Virus record (IMG/VR): IMGVR_UViG_3300017937_000001
Location: 1-45,781 of that record
From: a virus
Lineage: Duplodnaviria; Caudoviricetes
Length of the DNA: 45,781 nucleotides
Strand: one strand, 5' to 3'
The notes below the pieces were generated by a model. The model was not told where the DNA came from. It searched no databases and was given only the letters and a program-made list of their open reading frames with translations. The position numbers and the translations under genes are program-made. Shown in pieces: positions 42,941 through 45,781 of this stretch (positions are counted from its first letter, which is position 1; every line of letters starts with the position of its first letter).

Positions 42941-44701
42941 TCAGTGGGCTCGCGCCATCATCTCCGCCAGCCCGCCCCGGTCCTCCGCCCTCAGTCGCAC
43001 CCCCCGAAGACCTCGCACGCGGGTCTTCCCGCGCCCGTCCGTCTCCCGCAGGATCTCCACCCCGTCCAGCTTCTCCAGCGCGACGTAGAACTTGTTGCGC
43101 CCCTTCGTGTACCGCAGCTCGCTGTCCGGCTGCGTCCGCAGGTGCCACGCCTGGTACGCCTCCCAGACGACGCCGGGTCCGCTGAGGGTCGCCAGGGGGT
43201 CCAGCTCGCACTGCTCGTCCAGGAACACCTCATACAGGTCCCGGTTCTCCGCGTGGTAGCCCTCCAGCGCCTCCCGCATCTCCTGCGTCAGCACCAGCCC
43301 GGTCGCCGACTGTGGCTCTCGCCACGTGACGTACCACTCTCGCCACCACCGCACCAGGAACGCGGTCACCGCCTCCAGCTCGTGGGTGAGGATGTGGCCC
43401 TTGATGTCCCACTGGTCGTCCTTCGGCACCGGCACCGCGCTCACCTTGAACAGCGCCAGCCGGTTGCTGACCTGCGGCGTGAGACGCGCCTTCGGCAGCT
43501 CGTTGGTGGAGACGTTCAGCTTCCACGTCACCTGCACGTCCATCAGGTCCTGCTTCATGCGGCGCAGGGACACGGTGGTGCCCTCCGGGTTGACGAACCG
43601 CAGCACCTGCCCCTCGTCGAGGTGCTGCGCCTCCGTCAGCTCGTTGACCACCACCATCCGCATGCCGGCGAGCCGGGACTCCTCGGCGTCGTGACGGTCC
43701 CCGCGCATCTTGATCAGCAGGGTGGGTCGGCCACCGAGCCACGACAGCTCGTTGCCCATCGCCTGCCCGACGACCTCCAGGACCTGGTTCTTGCCGATGT
43801 CGGTGGCGCCCTCGATGACGCCCATCTTCTTCTCCGGGTTGGCGCCGTGAAGCTGGTAGCCCAGCCACCGCGTGAGCGCCGCCATGCGCTCCGCGTGCCG
43901 CTCCTCCGTCACCTCCCCCGGGGCGGCGCACATGCGGTGGATGAGCTCGTGAAAGCGCGGCGCCGCCGTCTCCAGCGGCATCTCCGCCAGCGCCTGGTTG
44001 AGCGGGACGCTCACGCGGTGAGAGAGCCGGTCCTCCTGCCGGTGCGGCCGCAGCTCCCCCGTCCGCACGTCATACGTGCCGTTCGGGAAGTTCAGCAGGT
44101 ACGGGTCCCGGTTGAAGTCGAGCGGCGCCGCCTGCACGCAGACGGGTGACACCGCCCTCACCACCCCGTGCAGGCCGCTGTTCTTGAACACCCCGTACCA
44201 CGCCCGCATGGAGGCGACCTGCCGACGCGCCTCCGCCATCTCCTCGCGGTTGCCGTTCCGGGTGACGATGGTCGCCCAGGCGTCGCTCTGCTGCACCGCC
44301 GTTTCCACCGCGTCGTTGACCTGCTTGGACAGGTCACGTACGCGACGCCACACCTCCTCGTGGGCCTTCCCGTCGTCCACCCACGTGCCGAGCTCCTCCC
44401 GGTACACCTTGAACCGCTGGGTGTCCGGCAGCCACGCGAGCACGTCCCCGAACGTGTCCACCGCGAGCTCCGCCATCCCCGCCTGGTCGCACGTGTACGG
44501 GGTGAGCGCGTCGTAAACCAGGTGACGTGACCCCGTCGGGTCGCCCCCGCCACCCCCACCCGCTCTCACCGCAGCTTGCGGCTCCACCGGTGCGTCCCAC
44601 CGTCCACGTGGCCGCGACGCCAGGTTGATGGCGGTGAGACTCGGCTCAGGCAGGTCATCCAGGCTCAGCTCCGAGTCGTCCTCGTCGAAGATGTCACTCA
44701 C
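42941..44701 (-). CDS. D5/P4-family primase-helicase (D5_N plus SF3 ATPase)
   Basis: [19 protein letters not shown], Walker A GATDIGKN, Walker B VVVNE, motif C VSTNELP. Confidence 0.88.
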   Translation of the reverse strand: MSDIFDEDDSELSLDDLPEPSLTAINLASRPRGRWDAPVEPQAAVRAGGGGGGDPTGSRHLVYDALTPYTCDQAGMAELAVDTFGDVLAWLPDTQRFKVYREELGTWVDDGKAHEEVWRRVRDLSKQVNDAVETAVQQSDAWATIVTRNGNREEMAEARRQVASMRAWYGVFKNSGLHGVVRAVSPVCVQAAPLDFNRDPYLLNFPNGTYDVRTGELRPHRQEDRLSHRVSVPLNQALAEMPLETAAPRFHELIHRMCAAPGEVTEERHAERMAALTRWLGYQLHGANPEKKMGVIEGATDIGKNQVLEVVGQAMGNELSWLGGRPTLLIKMRGDRHDAEESRLAGMRMVVVNELTEAQHLDEGQVLRFVNPEGTTVSLRRMKQDLMDVQVTWKLNVSTNELPKARLTPQVSNRLALFKVSAVPVPKDDQWDIKGHILTHELEAVTAFLVRWWREWYVTWREPQSATGLVLTQEMREALEGYHAENRDLYEVFLDEQCELDPLATLSGPGVVWEAYQAWHLRTQPDSELRYTKGRNKFYVALEKLDGVEILRETDGRGKTRVRGLRGVRLRAEDRGGLAEMMARAH

Positions 44702-45735
44702 GCGCCCACCCCTCCCACGCTCATCCTCACGTTGCGGATGTGCTTCCGTCGCGCCGAGTCGACCGTGTCGAGCGCCTTGCGACGCTCCAGGTCGCTGGCT
44801 GGCTCCGCCGCCTCCAGGACGGCGGCGACCACGTCATCGAAGGCCCACCCGCCCTCCATCAGGTTGAGCGTCGCCTGGTAGATGGCGTCGTTCCAGCCGC
44901 CGTGCAGGTTCGCGAGCCGCACCGCCTCCAGCTCCAGGTCGATCCACCGCGCGACGAGGCTCTCGTTCTCGCGCCCGGGAAGCTGGGACTGGTGCCGTAC
45001 CTGGACACGCAGCTTGTCGATCTTCTGTCGCCTGCGGCGACCCAGGGGGAGCAGGTGGTCCTCCAGCCGCTGCATCCACTGCGCCAGCCAGTCCGGCAGC
45101 TCGATCACCGGCACGTCCTTGACGACGCTGTAGCCGTCGCTGGGTGCGGTTGCCACCCAGTTGTTCTGCCCCGCGATGACGTCCACCCGCCACTCGTCGC
45201 GGTGATGCTTGGTCTCCAGCGGGAACCGCGGGTTCTGCCGGTACATCAGGTGGAACCCACCCGACTTGGTCTGCACGGTGAAGGTGGTGAGCTCCTTCAT
45301 CGTGTGACCCAGTCGCTCCACCTCGCGTCGAAGGTCGTCCACCCCGCGTTTGGTCACCGCAGGCTTGGTTTCCACCATCGTGGCGGTGCGACCGTCGTAC
45401 ACGAAGCCGGTCTCCGCCTCGTACCGCTTCACGTCACAGTCCAGGATCACCAGCCCGGACTGCCCAGCCAGCAGGCCCACATCGAGGCCCTGAGCCAGGC
45501 ACTCGTGGGCGTCTGCCCAGGTCATGGAGACCCCAGACCAGTAGATCAAGCTGTGTTCTCGCTCCTCCTCAGGGCTTCCCACCAGGTGCTCTGGCAGGCT
45601 GACGCGGGCTCGTCGCGGCGTGGTGTCCGTGGCTCGCTTGAGGGGGATGAACGACCACTCCGGGTCGCGATGTGCGGGGGCGCTGGATTCCGCGCCCACC
45701 ATGGTGGTAGAGTCACCTTCGTTGGGTGTCACCAA
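44698..45735 (-). CDS. Bifunctional DNA primase/polymerase (Prim-Pol)
   Basis: [35 protein letters not shown]...Y...LPDWL. Confidence 0.85.
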   Translation of the reverse strand: MVTPNEGDSTTMVGAESSAPAHRDPEWSFIPLKRATDTTPRRARVSLPEHLVGSPEEEREHSLIYWSGVSMTWADAHECLAQGLDVGLLAGQSGLVILDCDVKRYEAETGFVYDGRTATMVETKPAVTKRGVDDLRREVERLGHTMKELTTFTVQTKSGGFHLMYRQNPRFPLETKHHRDEWRVDVIAGQNNWVATAPSDGYSVVKDVPVIELPDWLAQWMQRLEDHLLPLGRRRRQKIDKLRVQVRHQSQLPGRENESLVARWIDLELEAVRLANLHGGWNDAIYQATLNLMEGGWAFDDVVAAVLEAAEPASDLERRKALDTVDSARRKHIRNVRMSVGGVGA

Positions 45736-45781
45736 CAGTCCTTTCGTCGGTGGTACAACCAGGGTACATGCCGGTGCTCAC

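Overview
High-GC actinobacteriophage (Streptomycetaceae-like host inferred from GC content, HrdB-type promoters and an LAXTG sorting signal). The window runs from a fibre-like gene and the terminase pair (1-5 kb) through a long accessory region to a Prim-Pol and D5/P4-type primase-helicase (42.9-45.7 kb). Accessory genes include ThyX, two stand-alone vWA proteins, two HAD phosphatases, a processive GT2 glycosyltransferase, a HIT fusion, a macro domain, a DenV-like glycosylase and a Ro60/TROVE protein. The main signal is non-coding, on the minus strand. (i) Upstream of Ro60 sit six Y-RNA-like (YrlA-type) RNAs with a shared scaffold but different payloads, mixed with tRNAs. (ii) Downstream of a conserved 247-aa protein of unknown function lie two circularly permuted tRNA-like domains (T arm, closed acceptor stem, D arm). 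Their stems lack the Ro motif and carry AAGCTG/AGACTC-type hexamers that recur in the protein's own 5' leader, suggesting a second, non-Ro RNP system. (iii) There are seven near-canonical tRNAs and six tRNA-like RNAs each lacking or replacing one arm. A 12-gene cassette island (35.9-41.1 kb) gives each gene its own promoter, usually inside a sequence-variable inverted repeat, and is flanked by 9-bp-period GGAC/GTCC arrays. All folds and family calls were made by eye; no searches were run.
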